From Okamejei kenojei (lineage: Eukaryota), in NCBI GenBank assembly GCA_035221665.1, contig CM069162.1:25358001-25422000 (forward strand): a stretch of DNA of 64,000 bases, given 5' to 3'. The notes below the pieces were generated by a model, which saw nothing but the letters and a program-made list of their open reading frames with translations, searched no databases and was not told the DNA's origin. This document shows, in pieces, positions 23,950 to 37,679 of the stretch (position 1 is its first letter; every line of letters begins with the position of its first letter). The position numbers and the translations under genes are program-made.

Positions 23950-25010
23950 ATGAAATCATAAAATTACACAGCACTGGGGGAGTCCATTTGGATTGATTTC
24001 TTTAACTGAACTATTAAAAGCATCCAAATCTATTGCTACTTCCCTACGTTTCAGGCTGACTAGTTCAGACTGGCTTCATGCACAGCATGGACAAGTTGGG
24101 CTGAACGGCCTGTTTTCATGCTGTGTAACTCTATGACCCCGCCAAACTCCACATGATTTTAAACTCTTCCAATAAATCCCTCCTTTGTTCAAAAGAAAAC
24201 AATTTGAGTCTCTAATCGGGGAAGATAAATGACAACTTTTTTGCTTGGCATCACTGTCGTAAATTGGATTTGTACTTTTGTCGGAAGCTTTCGTCAGTGT
24301 AGTATCTGAAATGGATAATAATTCTCCAGCTCACACTGAACCAGTTTTTTAACAAAGTTTCCCTACTTTTGCAGCCTTTGTCCTGAGAACAGGGATCTCA
24401 ACATTGACCCTGTGGACACCACTGCAAAGGTTCCTACTGTCATAAACACGTCCCCTATTCTCCTCTGATTCCAGTCCTTTGGATCATTATATATCCATGT
24501 ATTCACCACCCTTCCCATCCCATCCACTTCTGTCACATCAGTTGATGTCTGATGCTAACGCACTTGCCTAAGCTAAGGAGTGTCGCAACACTAGATGTCT
24601 GTATTTGGAATGGGACTTTAATCCTTACCTCTGCCTCCTCCATCAAATGGATGTAATTGAACCCACAGAAGTTGTTCCTGGTGCATCGTTCAATATTTAG
24701 CCCCAAAATCATTTTGTGTAGCTATAATTTATCAGTCTATGCCTCAATCCCCTGTCTGGAGCTTGTACAAAAACAGTTGGCTGCTTCTCCTACTTTGCAC
24801 CAGTTACCACACTTCCAAAGCACTTAGCTGTTTGGAAAGGGATATGGGATAGATATTGTAAAAACAATATAATTGCTAATTATTTTTTTCAATTTTATGC
24901 AAAATTCTCCACACGTAGTGCTTTGTCAAATTTCTGTTGAAGCTCCATGTACTCAACAGTATGACTTTCCCTTGCCAACCTGCTCCTTACTTCGTCAAAG
25001 TGAAGGGTAC
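23950..25010 (-). mobile_element. Highly degenerate CR1 RT relic
   Basis: Reverse-strand remnants FDEVRSRL..VEYMELQQKFDK (~24920-25000) and an SGVPQG-like motif (~24405-24425). Confidence 0.5.
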
Positions 25011-25089
25011 AAATCACCTGGTATTCTTCCATGAATGATTAGCAGCACCAATTTCAACGAGGAGAAAGGACAGCTTTGATCTTATCACT

Positions 25090-25470
25090 ACCCGCCAATT
25101 TTTGCTTTTATCCTCCGCACCTACCACCTTCACCTCACTTCTCCTGTCCTTTGCTCCACAGCCTCTCATCACCCTCCTCATCCCACCTATCCAGCTCCCC
25201 ACCCCGTCCCCTGCATCCTTCCCACCCCTACCTTGCACATGCTCCTTTCTGCATTACACACCTTTCCCCCCCGCATCCTGCACACTCTCCCCATCCCTTC
25301 CTTCCACACCCTCCGTACAACCACCTTGCACATGCTCCCTGCCCCTGCCCTACACAGCCTCCACAGTTCCACCCCTCACTCCACATATGCCCCATTCCAC
25401 AACACACAGCCAGATACAGCTCACCCATCCCCCACTCTCTGCCTCACAAACCCTCCCCACGCCTGCATTG
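25090..25470. repeat. C-rich low-complexity tract
   Basis: Pyrimidine/C-rich; source of the P/H-rich ORFs. Confidence 0.8.
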
Positions 25471-26364
25471 TATATGATCCCATTCCTCAGTGCACAAAAA
25501 TTACTGGTGGAATTCCAGTAGTGCGGATCAGTGATTAAATTAGTTCAAATATTGCAGAAATGAGGAGTTAGTCCTACCTGAGCTGAAAAGGCCAAAAATC
25601 TCCCCCGTTCTGACACTCTCTGAGGAAGTATCAGGGTTCTCTCTCTTTTTCACTCTGTCAAATGTAACGGTCTCATTCCTTCTATCTATTTCATTGTCTG
25701 TCCTTCCCATCTCTCTCTCTCTCTCTCTCCCTCCCCATTGTCTTTGAGTGCTCATCTCTCTATTTCTCTGTCTACTCCCTTTGCTTCTTTTGACAAGTCT
25801 TTCTCTGTCTACTCTTACCCTTCCTATTTTTCCACAGACTGTACCCCCCCCCCCCCCCCCCTCTGAGATTCTGCCACTCTGTTAGTTCAGATTGTCACAA
25901 ATTTCACTTGTTTCATGCTCCAGATTGTTGGGATTCACAGATTTTTCACGTCATCTCTCAGGTACATCAGAGTCACTTGTTGCTGAGGAGCTGTAATCTC
26001 TTTCCCACCACTTGCTTGCATTTAGTTCCCAGAATCTTTGTGGCTGATGATTATCACAGCAGCACAAAGAAACACTTGGTTGCTGATCAGTGAGCAGTTT
26101 ACATTCCTGAGAGACATGGTTTTGCCAAAGGGAAACTCGTGGTCCAGAGTATATGAAAATTTCCTCAATCAATTAATGAAGCAGCCACTGGAACAATAAC
26201 TTTCCCTGTAGTCAGGCTTGTCCCTCACCGCGTGTTCACTCTGACACAGTGCAATGCAAACATTCCTATGCTCTTGGCTGTCTCATGAATTATCACTTTA
26301 AGAATCTGCTGCATTGGAAAGCTTTACTTGACATTAGTACCCGGGATGTCTCCAATTTCTGAAG

Positions 26365-26730
26365 CCAGGTATAACCAGGGTATGCCCAGGTTCATTGTAC
26401 AGTGTATATCAGGTTCATTTTTGCAGGGTATACCCCAAGTTCAGGGTACAGGCTACAGGGTACAGGATATACGCAGGTTCAGGTTACAGGGTATAACCCA
26501 TGTTCAGGGTACAGGATATACCCAGGTTCAGTGTACATGGTAAACCCAGATTCCATGTACAGGGTATACCCAGGTTCAGTATACAGGGTATAATCAGGTA
26601 CCGTGTAAAGGGTATACCCGCACTCAGGGTACAGGGTATGTCCCAGGTTCTGTGCCCAGGTATATCCAGGTACAGTGTACAGGCCATGTTCAGGGTATGG
26701 AGTATACCCAGACTCAGTGCCCGGAGTATA
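26365..26730. repeat. Minisatellite, ~24-bp unit CAGGGTATACCCAGGTTCAGTGTA
   Basis: More than ten degenerate tandem copies are visible. Confidence 0.88.
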
Positions 26731-27999
26731 TACTGGATTTTTGCTCCTGATGACTCTTGTTGGACGAAGAACTCTTACTAAACTTGGCTGGGACAGATCA
26801 GACTTCCCGCTGACCAGTTGACCAACTGGTTCATACGCATGCCATTGCGGACACAAGGCTTTCACCAGGGTGAGGTCCTCATCTGAGCAATTGGTGGTGC
26901 TTTGGACACATATTTGATCTGCAAGTGTGGACCGTGGGTGGAGGAAACTAATTTGAGAGCAGTTACGCCTCAACCTGCCCAGCCAGGATCAGAAATGGGA
27001 AAGATGCAAAATGCTGGTGGAATAGGATCATTACCAGACCAACATGGTTCATTGCTTATCAATAATCTCTGGCTGCCTGGCCACAGTCAGAGGTTGTCCC
27101 ATTGTCACTGCCAGTTGGTGGGGGGGTGGGGTGGGGGGGAGTTGCATTTCACCGATGCTATAAAAAACATTTATACCCAGACAACCCCAGTCCAGCTCTG
27201 GTTCAGAGTCGAGGTCTTTGAAAATGGATCACAAAAGTATTGACAGGACCAAAGGACTGGGCCATTCCTTGCTCTCTGAACACCAGAGATGGTACAAGAT
27301 CTCCAGGCACCTGGTGAACAGCCATCAATTGGTAGTGAGTGCTGGCAGGGATTACAACCACATCAGGGTATAAAGAACTCCAGATCTCTTTCACTGGTCA
27401 GGATTTTCTGATTGGCCATGGCAGAACCCTGGCATTAGTCAATGTTACAGCCAGTGAAGCTGTAACACATCTGGCTGGAACATTTTCAGAAGTAGAGTTT
27501 ACAGACTGGACAAATAATCCCAAAATAGTTAGCTCAGGTCCTACCACTTCAGGCTACAAAAACACGGAAACAAAAATACAGTTCTTATCCAGTTGCTCTA
27601 CATGTGACTCCAGTCCAACACCAACATGATGTGACTGGCCTCTGAAATTGCCAGGTTGCTTCAGGATGAGCTTCTTGGGCATTTCAGGACAGGCTGTAAA
27701 TCTGGGCTTAGCCAAGGCAACATATCAAGAGTGAAATACATGAATAATTGAAACAAGAATCACATTCTGAAGAAATGCCATCTATACATGATTCCCAGAG
27801 AAGCTGCCGGATCCCGTTGAGTTACTCCAGCACTTTGTGTTTTTTTTTTTTTTGTGAACCAGCATCTGTATTTCCTTGTGTCCACATCGAATGTACATCG
27901 TCATATGGGAGCTGATGCCAAGAGTGGGTTCCTCAGCAATGCCACTGTCCCTGACGGACCCTCTCACTCTGCCTGAGAAGTACACTGTTCCCTTCCTTC

Positions 28000-28350
28000 C
28001 TCTTGCAAAATGGCTCCTGGTACGCCCTCGGTATTAAAATCCTCCTCCTGATGTCCATGGCTCTCATCCCCTCCCCATCGTTAGAACTTCCTCTAGCCTC
28101 TCTTTCCCTGAGATCTTTGCATTCCTCCATGTTGATCCCTTAAGCATTTATAATCTCCATCATTGGCAGCTGTGTCTTCCACTGCCTGGGCTCCACACTC
28201 GAATTCCCACCCCACTCTCTCTATTACGCCCTTAAAATCTAGTTCCTTGACCAAATGTTACCTGCCCAATGTGTATCATTTAGTTGAGGACCGGTAAATT
28301 ACTTGATAACATTGCTGTGATTGCTAATTTAAAGGTGTTATTTAATTACC
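28000..28350 (+). mobile_element. L2-type LINE 3' end relic
   Basis: 'ccatcattggcagctgtgtcttccactgcctggg' (IGG.AFSCLG-like), 'cttaaaatctagttccttgaccaa' (LKT.LFDQ-like) and tail 'tgataac..gtga..ttaaaggtgttat'. Confidence 0.5.
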
Positions 28351-31069
28351 AACCGTTAGAATGTCAGTCAGGACTGCAATGTGCAATGACCAGTGTATTG
28401 TGGGCTGACTTGTGTGTACAACCCTTGAGCAGATCCTAGCCTGGTGTGACTGACCTCCATGCACATGGTTGGATTAAGCCTCTGGACCTGAACTGTCCAT
28501 GTACTGGAAGGGGGGTATCCTTGGAGACCGAGATGGAATGAGGCGTCTGCAGACACAAAGTATAATTTCTCTTCACAGCAAGGCTCAAGCGCAAGCGACT
28601 GGTCATCTCGCAGCAAGAGATCTCAGCCTCTGACTGTGTTGTGACAGAGTGAACACCATTAACAATTCTCACACAGACAACAGGGCAACACCTTGCAATT
28701 ACAATCTTGCAGTTTTAGTGCAGGGGCTGAACGTGCTCCTGCCTGTGGCAGGTTTGGTGTTACGCCTAAAATCAGCAGTTACTGCTCCATGGCTGGATAC
28801 TGTGTCCAGTATGCCGTTCAGTTGCAGTCAGTCATGTTACTGTGATTGCAGTGAGAGGGGAAACCAGTGCTGGAGAGTAAACAGAAACTAGCTAGCAAGT
28901 TTCCATTCAAAGAGAAAGCTGGGCTGAATGTAAACTGATTTGCATTATATGACCATGAGAACATCCCCACAGGGAAGAGGCCATCCAGTCTATACCTGTG
29001 CTTATACTTCTGCTCCAAGCCTTCCTTTCAATTCTCAGCTTCATGCCCTCCAGTGGGACTCTCAATCTCACCACATACCGTGCTCTCAGATACCTTGCAT
29101 AGAACAGTACAGCACACAACAGGCCCTTCAGCCCGCAATATCCATGCAGAGCATGATGCCAAGTTAAACTAATCTCCTCCATGTGTATGTCCTCCATTCC
29201 TTGCATATCCATGTGCCTATCTAAAAGCCTCTTAAATGCCACCCTTGTGATTTATCCCACTATCCCAAACTGTGCAATCTCACTGTGTATTCTAACTGTG
29301 TCATTCTGTGCATTTTCACTGTTCCCTATTGCAAATTCTCACTCCCTCATACTGTGTAGTCTCACTGATTCACACTGTCCCACACTATGCATTCTCACTG
29401 TATGCACACTGCATTCTCACTTCCCTACATTGTGCATTCTCACTGTCCCATACTGTGCATTCCCAATATCCTTTACTGTCTGAACCACATTGTGTTCCAA
29501 GTACCTTTTACTATTTCTGTATCCTGTGTGCTTACTGTCATTACCATCTACTCTGTAGAGTGTGATCTCAGTGTCCACAGCACCTCTGCTACATCCTGTG
29601 TTCCCACCGTCCTTCACCACATGTGTCAGCAACTTGCTCTGTGTTCACCCTATATCTCTGGTCTATGTTTTTCTCTGCTTTTTAAACAAATTCCTTCTCC
29701 TGTCAACTTCATCAAAACCACTCTGTTCCCACAAATGATAGTTATAGATTGCATCTAGTCAGTTGTTAAATTACAATTTGTTAGCTCATCCATTTAATGG
29801 TGGTAAATAAAACCAAAACTATATATAGTAAACAAAAAAGCGGTAAGAAGTGAAGCTCAAAATAGCACTTGAATATGCAATTAAACATTTTAAGAAGTAT
29901 AATCTTTTCCTATCTGGGACGTAACGTGTAGTTATGACACCAGAAACGGCAAGGTCGACCTGGCAGGCCAGGGTCAGACAGCTTGTGCAGAGAGAGGCAG
30001 GTAGGCTGAACCGTTCCGATCCAGCACCGTCCAGCAGAAGCCAAACGTTTTGTTCCCTCCTTTGTGGCGGTGATGGCAGACAATTGGCAGTGAAGTGGCC
30101 AGGCTGACAAGGAGAGGGCTCAGAGGGAACCTTCGCACTCTGCCGAGTGCAGATGTACATTAATGCAGAAAGCAGCCCCGAACCATAGATTTAAAAAAAA
30201 AGGGAGACTGAAATAAGTCCCCTTCCCTTTTAACGTTCTGTTGTCTGGTTTGATGGTGTCACTTTTGTGAGAGGTCCTATTGGGAAGTATTCAAGCAGCA
30301 GCTATTGTGAGAGGGGCCTGATTGGGAGTTGATGAACTCGCTTGCCTACTTGCTTCTACCCTTTAGTCCCCATTGTTTTCTGGCCTCTTAATAAACTTTT
30401 TGGAGGAGTTAATTAATCCGCTTGAATTGGTTGATGGAGTGATTCTCAGAAGTTGAAATAACAGACGGTTCCCTTTTTGAAGAGGGTGAGAAGGAGAGTG
30501 TGTGACAGACATCAGCTTGTCACATAATCAAAGCCAGGAAAGAAACAAAACAAAAACAGCCTCCAACTTGGAGAAAAGAGAGTTGGAGTTGGAAGCGAGT
30601 TCTCTTTTCACTGTCCAAGTGCCCTGTGTTAACAACCCATCAGTTCAATCTGCCAAAGCTGACGAATATATCAAGATCTGCCGCTTTATAGAATTTTAAA
30701 TGTGATTTATTTTAAGAAGGTCATGTCAAGGATAATTAATTTAAGCTCTTTATTTAGTCTATTTTTTAATTGTATGAATTATAACTTTTTTTTATTCTTG
30801 CCATAATTCAGTTAAATTGTTTTGTTCACTAAAGTCATATGATGGAGGCATCCACCCACCCTGTGGATTATTAGGATGAAAAGCAATTTAGAATTTGTGT
30901 GTGGATGAAGGAACTGGTTAAGTGTGGCGGTGCAGCCTGTTATGAGACAGATCCGTTACTTGTACTCTGACCATTGGGCTTCTGCAGTGTTTGGAGGGAA
31001 TCTGTTAGGACCACAGGCCGGACAGCTGGGAGATGGGAGCAGGCTCCAGGGATCGTGGACCATGGGAAT

Positions 31070-31272
31070 CAGTCTGTAGAGTGTGTCCGAGCACAGGACA
31101 CTCAGTGCTAGGCCAGTCTGCAGAGTGTATCAGAGCCCAGGACACTAATTTCAGACTCAGTCTGCAGAATTAATCAGAGCCCAGGATGCTCAGTACTAGA
31201 CCAGTCTGCAGAGTGTATCAGAGCCCTGGACACTCGGTTTTGAATTTGGCTGCAGCAGTGTATCAGAGCCCA
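31070..31272. repeat. Tandem repeat, ~44-bp unit CAGTCTGCAGAGTGTATCAGAGCCCAGGACACTCAGTGCTAGGC
   Basis: About five copies, plus a detached partial copy at ~31411-31435. Confidence 0.85.
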
Positions 31273-33164
31273 AGCAAGGAGATGAGCAGCAAAATATCAC
31301 TGGCCCAGCACAGTGAGAATTACAAACTGATATCATTGCACCAGGCCTGTCAGAGTTTCATTGCAATTTCAAAACAATTTAAATGCAAAATGTAAGGGTA
31401 AAATTGCCATTATCAGAGCCCAGGCCACTCAGTACATAAGCGCAGGCCGGTCCCCAATGCAGTTGGTGGGCAGGAGGGGATCAGAGGTCCAGGTGAGTGG
31501 AGCTCCTCCAGAAGGAGCAGCCTAGGGTCCTGACCCTCTCTGCTACACTGACCAGCCCATAATGTTGGGGCATTCACCACAGGGTGGTCAGTCAGACCCA
31601 GCTGCTGGATGTTTTCAGGTAATGACATCCGTTGTGGATATTAATGAGAAATATACGCACGCATACAACAACATAGGTGAAGCCTACTTCTAGACTCACA
31701 GAACAGTGCATTGCCGGTACAGGCCCTATAGCTCACAATGCTGGTTCTGACCATGATGCCAATTTAAACTGCACATCTGCCTGCAGGTGATCTGTATCCC
31801 TCCATCCATGCCACCTGACAAAATACTTCCCACATTTCATCCATAAATTAAACTAAACTATTAAAAAAATCTGCTTCTCTTGTTTGGTCCCTTTTTATTG
31901 AATCTGAATTCATCGCTTTCTTATAAATATTTAGGGGCCAACTTGGTCACCACTTCCATTTTATAAAATACATCAAAACACACTGATAAACGGTAGCAAG
32001 TGGAATTCAAGGTGATCAGGAATATCACACTCTAGGTTACAAAAAAGAAAATAAATTGTGGGAAGGAAGAATGAGTGCATAGTTTAACCTGCAGGAATGT
32101 TGAGGAATGAAACTGGAATGAAGGAGGAAGTGATTGAGAAAGATAGAGACTTGCCGTGATGAGCAATAAATGTGTATTTAAAATTTACAGGCCTACATCA
32201 CGCATTTGCAATTCTCAGTATACTACAGTCAACAGAGTATGTTATTCATGTCCCAATTCACTTAAATTATGTTGGCGTTCTTGAAATTATATAATGTTGA
32301 AGCTGCATGCAATCAAGCAGTGACTATGGTAATCGGCACTCTCCTTACTGCCCTGGCTTCTTTCTTTCATTATAAATTCTAAATATTTTCCATTCTTAAT
32401 CCCTTGGATTATCAGTGGTCATCCTGCGAAATAGCAGCACTGAAGTGTTCCACGTTAGCCCCTCATGGTGAATCAAATCCAGTTCACAGGATTTCTAAGA
32501 CTGAGAAATCACAGGTAAAACTTGGCAGCTAATTCACACTTTCCAATATATCCTAATGGTTGTCTCCTGGAACCTGGTCCACTACAAGTAATAGTTTGCT
32601 CCCGTTTCTGTCAAACTAAAATGAGTGTGCTGTTTACATGCTGATAGTCTACCTTCATTGCTATTCTATTAACTCCACACTGTGGTATTTTGATTGTACA
32701 TGCAGTTGCACTCTGTGCTTTGTATGCTGAATGGTGCTTCTGATTGTATGTGTTCCTGACCCTATTATTAGGTAATATGCATTGATGCTTTTTACAGCCA
32801 TGTTAATCTGTCTATAATCCCATCTGTGTCTGAAACTGTTTTGGCCATGTATTATGCTCACTGCCAGAGACAAGTGTTGCTGACAGGTTTACTTTATCCT
32901 CTGCTCACCTGTAGCCCACATCTAGCTTACGCCTTCCCAGAAAGAACTCTCACACTGAGTCCTATTCCCAGCCTTTAATCCACTCTGCCCCTCCCCTCCC
33001 ATCCCGCACACCACCATCTGTCTAGGATGCATCATTTTATAAAGGTCACTATCATCAACGGAACAAATATTTAATATTGTGTACTGTGTATGACGTTACC
33101 CCTTGACATTTCTCTTCCACAAGATGTGCAGATTGAGGAGCCTTTATATAAAATGTAGACTGAT

Positions 33165-33690
33165 TTATTCTTATCGCCTTATCTCTCACTTTTTATCTTT
33201 TAGTCTCTGGCCTTTGTCCTACCATCTGCCAACGAATCCCCCCCCCCCCCCCCCCCCCCACCTGTATCCACCATACACTAAATGCTCGAGCTACTCAGCG
33301 AGTCAAGCAACATCTCTGGATAGAAGGAAGAGACGATGTTTCGGATCGGGATTTGTTCTTTTCATCTATTTCATTCATTTGTTATTTGTATTTTTTTTAC
33401 CGCTAGTTTCCCTCTCCCCAGTCAGAAGAAGGGTCTTTAACTGAAAAGTCACCTATTCCTTGTGTCCAGAGATGCTGCCTGACCCGCTGCGTTACTGCAG
33501 CATCTTTTCCACCAATCACTTGCCAGGCTTTGTTCTGTCCCCACCTCTCTTCCATTCTCTCCTCCCCCCCCCCCCATCAATCTGAAGAAGAGCCCCAAGG
33601 CGAAAAGTCACCTATCCATGTCCTCCACAGATGCTGCCTGACCCGCTGAGTCACTCCAGCACTGTCTTTCTCTTTTGAAGTTCCTTGTAT
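33165..33690 (+). mobile_element. Penelope pLTR with nested/inverted second copy
   Basis: pLTR text 'atcacttgccaggctttg..cccacctctc..tctgaagaag..gtcacctatccatg..gatgctgcctgacccgctgag'; inverted segment at ~33280-33350. Confidence 0.75.
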
Positions 33691-36600
33691 CTATATCTCT
33701 GATTTATCCGCTCCTGTTTTGTAGCCTACCTGAGACTGATTTATAATCAACTCTCCAAACTTGGCATAGCTAAGCACTGTGCTCTGTGAGGATAGATAAG
33801 AGACAGAGCGAAAGATAAGCACTTTTCTGAAGCTCATGTGGCCTTTGAACTGATCGCTGCTCGCCTCAAGGACTTATTGGCAGTCTACCTGAAGCTGATG
33901 CAACTCGACCAACCCCCCTGAAGGACACTATGACTGAGAAGTGACCCGTGCACGGTAGCAGGGGAGGGATGTCCATTCTCCGTGTCTGTGCTAACCCATC
34001 CCCACTGTCAGGGTGACATGTTCATCTGGAGACACAAAGGGTTGGAGTGCCTGACCCGTTGATTTACTCCAGCACTTTGTATCTTTTTTTAATCTGCAGA
34101 TGGTCCCGACCTGAAACGTCGCCTGTCCATTCCCTCCCCAGATGCTGCCTGACCCGCTGAGTTACTCCAGCACTTTGTGTCTTTTTTCACAAGTTCATCT
34201 GCAGCCGGGCCTCCTCGACACCTGCACACTTAACTCTAAGGCCGGTGCTTTTGGAAATACTTTTTTTGTTGTTAATTTCATGTAAAAGCCGCCTCTGTCA
34301 ACTTTCCCTTTAAATACAATCATGATCGACCGAACAAAGAGCTGCCACTTGTTCCTTTTACGGATCCATTATGCAAAACCTGGCCGTGCACAGGAGCATT
34401 GGTCACCGCCACCGCCACCGCCACGCTTCCCCTCGGCGACCCTTTCCCAGTCTCGCCCTCCCCCGCAGTCACTGTTTAATTAAAGGCTGATTATACACTG
34501 GGATGCTGCCGGCACCCGGAGCCTGTTCTCCAGGTGCGACTCCCCTCCCCAAAGGCAGAGAAATTACAGAGCAAGTGCAAATAAGGAGTTTACATCCAAT
34601 CGGGTTCAAACTCCGAGGAGCCGCTGCCGAATCCCCGCGCAGCCGGCCGACTATGCAGCGATGCCAATCCAGCCAAAGCGGACCAAGTTAACCGGGAAAA
34701 CAAACTGCGCTTCGCAGAACTCTTAGCAGTCTTCCCTCAGACAGGCAACAGATTTCCACCGCAGTGAGAAAGGGAATTTGTGAATCTGACTTCCCCGACA
34801 TTGGACTTTGTCTCTGGAACTGATGCGCTTCAATGCTGAGAACTATACACTGTTTTAGACACAACTCACTCCAGCTTTTTGTGTCTATCTTCGGTTTAAA
34901 CCAGCATCTGCAGTCCCTTCCTATACACTTTTAAATAATTTCAGAGTTATATGTACTTCTTATCCCTTTCTTTAGCATGAATGGGATAATCAGGTCTGTT
35001 TACTATAAGTTTAAGAAGGAACTGCAAATGCTGGAAAATCGAAGGTAGTTTCAATATTAAGTGGGAACGACTGTATCATGTCCCAGTCCTACACAATTTA
35101 GGGATTTTAAAAAAAAGTGAGAAGTATCAGAATTATGTTATGTCAGAAGAACCAGACGGACACCTTTAGCCTATTGCGGACATTGGACTTTGTCTCAATG
35201 CTGAGAACTATATTGTCGACTCTGTCTTCCCCTTTGCTCGATCTACTGTACACTAGTTTGGCATGATTGTATTTAAGTCTGCTATTATCTCGCCCGATTG
35301 GGCAGCATGCAAAACGAAGCTTTTCCCTGTACCTCGGTACATGTGCCGATAATAAACCTAACCAGGGCCGGAACAGGGAGTCTAAAACAGCAAGTTGGTG
35401 ACAGTGGAGCTACTGACACACACGCCGACACTCCCGCACCAGCCCTCTCGTGTCACAGTGCCTGCAGCCACTTCTTGCAACCAGTACCAAACAACACAGG
35501 GGTTCCTCGTCAGGCAAGGGCCTTACCGGGGTACGGGAGAGACGGGGTATCTGGGGGAGAGGGGTTGGGGATGGGGCAATTCTTCCAACACTAACTAGCC
35601 AAACATTCTAGAGAGGAATAAGGTTTAAAGTGAAGCTGTAGTGTGGGAGATGGTCGTTCCCGACAGTGCTGCAACATTCGCAAGGCGGCACCCGGGCTGC
35701 TCAGTCTAATCCTCTCCCAGTTCAATTTAGCGTAAATGCCGTGAACCCGGGAGGGAGTGTTCATCAGTTCAAAGTAAGCCGCGGGTAGACTGGCTGATTA
35801 AAGGGCAAAGGGTCCACTTGGAAATTGTACAAATTCTCAGCACAGCCCCTGGTTCAACAGGTTGGATTATATTCCACACTAGTCCGTCGACCCCATCCCC
35901 ATATCTCCCAACGCGTCCTTTCCTCCTCAATATCTGAATCAGAACCAGCTCCCCTATAAATTGTGACACGGTTAACTGTTGAATGTGGAAGCAGGAATGA
36001 GTAAACCATAAAGTGCTGGAGGTACTCAGTGGGTCAGACAGCATCTGGGGAGGGAATGCTCAGGTGACGTTTAGACTGTCTGAAGGAGGAATCCCGAGCC
36101 GAAACATTGTCTGTCCATTCCTTCCTTCCATACTGCACAAATAAAACAACTTTGGATCAATTGGTGTTTATCGCCGCTCCCACCCCATGTGGGACTTCAT
36201 TCTCCCTCTACTCCAGCGAGTCTCCTCGTGATAATGGTGTTGTTCACTTCTAGTTTTCTCTGCCGGGTAATGTAAATCTATTGACCGAGCTAACCGAGAA
36301 TCATCACCCATTTATTTCCAAGTTCGGGCAGTTGTAATGTTGCATTACTATCAAACCGAAAACTCCGTCGGGAATCTCTCCAACCCGTCCCACCGGAGAA
36401 AGCTAATCTGCAAATTGTTCTTGGCCGCAGTTTCTTTTTACTAAATGGGTTTCTAACGAAGGTTTCGAATCGGTGATAACCATAATAGTGGATGGTTCCA
36501 TTTTTTGTGCAGTAGACGTGGGTCTAGAAACATACAGAGAGAGAGAGAGCGACACGGAAAGTGAGGAATGGAGCGGGCACAGTTTGCTGAAGACGCCGAG

Positions 36601-37321
36601 TTACTCCAGCACTCTGTGTCTTGTTTGTAAACCAGCATCTGCAATTCCTTGTGTCTACAATCTATGCTCGAGTGACTCAATGGATCGGGCAGCATCTCTG
36701 TTAAATGATAGGTTTGACCAAGTTCTTTGTATTTTCTGCTTTTTTTTTCAGATTCCGAGAACTTTCAGATGAACTTTCTACCCGCTCACTAATCTCCTGC
36801 ATCCAGGGCTCAAAGATCTTTCGCATTTTGCCTGGGTCTAACTAACGGGAGCGGCTTCACCAGATATCCATATCGGTAACCAGTTATGTATAAGCATTAG
36901 ACCTAGTCTGCGGGATTTGCCGAGTGAATGATGCATGTGTCTCAGCTTTTACTCCGGCCAGCCCTCGCCGCTTTCTCCTTTGTACAATCACCAGCTTTTG
37001 TTAGATAATCAGTCGCCTGATGGGATGAGGAATAGATAAAGATTCTTGGCATCTGGCGGCTAAAATGAAAGGGGGATTAGGTACCGGCCGCTGCACACTC
37101 CATGGCACATGGGCTTGCTATTCCCCTCATTCAGGATACCATTGATTATATCCAACCCTCCGTGTTTCGTTACATCTCTCCGAGATGTTTGTATTCGCCG
37201 GACAAAACAAAAAGCTAATAGCTCTGGTGCATGTGAACTACTGAGACCCTTAAAGGGGCAGTCACATCGCTTCCCGCAGTGGCTATCATTTAGTTGAACA
37301 GTGAAATAGGAACGGTGCTTA

Positions 37322-37470
37322 TTTAGTTTAGAGATACAGCAGGGAAACAGACCATTTGGCCCACCGTGTCCACGCCATTTCGGCCCACCATCGATCACTC
37401 TTTCACACCAGTTCTAAGTTACCCCACTTTCTCATCCACTGTGGCCTTCCTCCCACATTAGGGGCACCAG
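37322..37470 (-). mobile_element. V-SINE 3' half
   Basis: 'tttagtttagagatacagc..gaaacag..tggcccaccgtgtcc' tail matching the other V-SINE copies. Confidence 0.65.
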
Positions 37471-37679
37471 CCCCTGAAATATCTGCATCTAGTCTAGTCC
37501 ATTTGCTGCACACAATTGAAATAGTTCATGCAGTGTATGATGTGGGGATAAGGTGTAGCCTGGGATGGTGCCCATAGGACATGTCTGGCAACAACAGGCT
37601 GGTCCATTTATCCCTGGGCTCTGCAAAAGCTTTTAACATCAATAAATAGGAAAAAATAATAGGCACTTGGAGACTTTTG

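Noticed and set aside
26402-26973. Repetitive Tyr/Gly/Pro-rich ORFs
   Set aside because: Translations of the 24-bp minisatellite.
31070-31272. CRISPR-like regularly spaced repeats
   Set aside because: Eukaryotic context, spacers similar to each other, no cas genes: an ordinary tandem repeat.
36740-36860. Strong acceptor ttttctgctttttttttcag as a coding exon
   Set aside because: The frames I translated close quickly with no recognisable protein; at most a non-coding exon.
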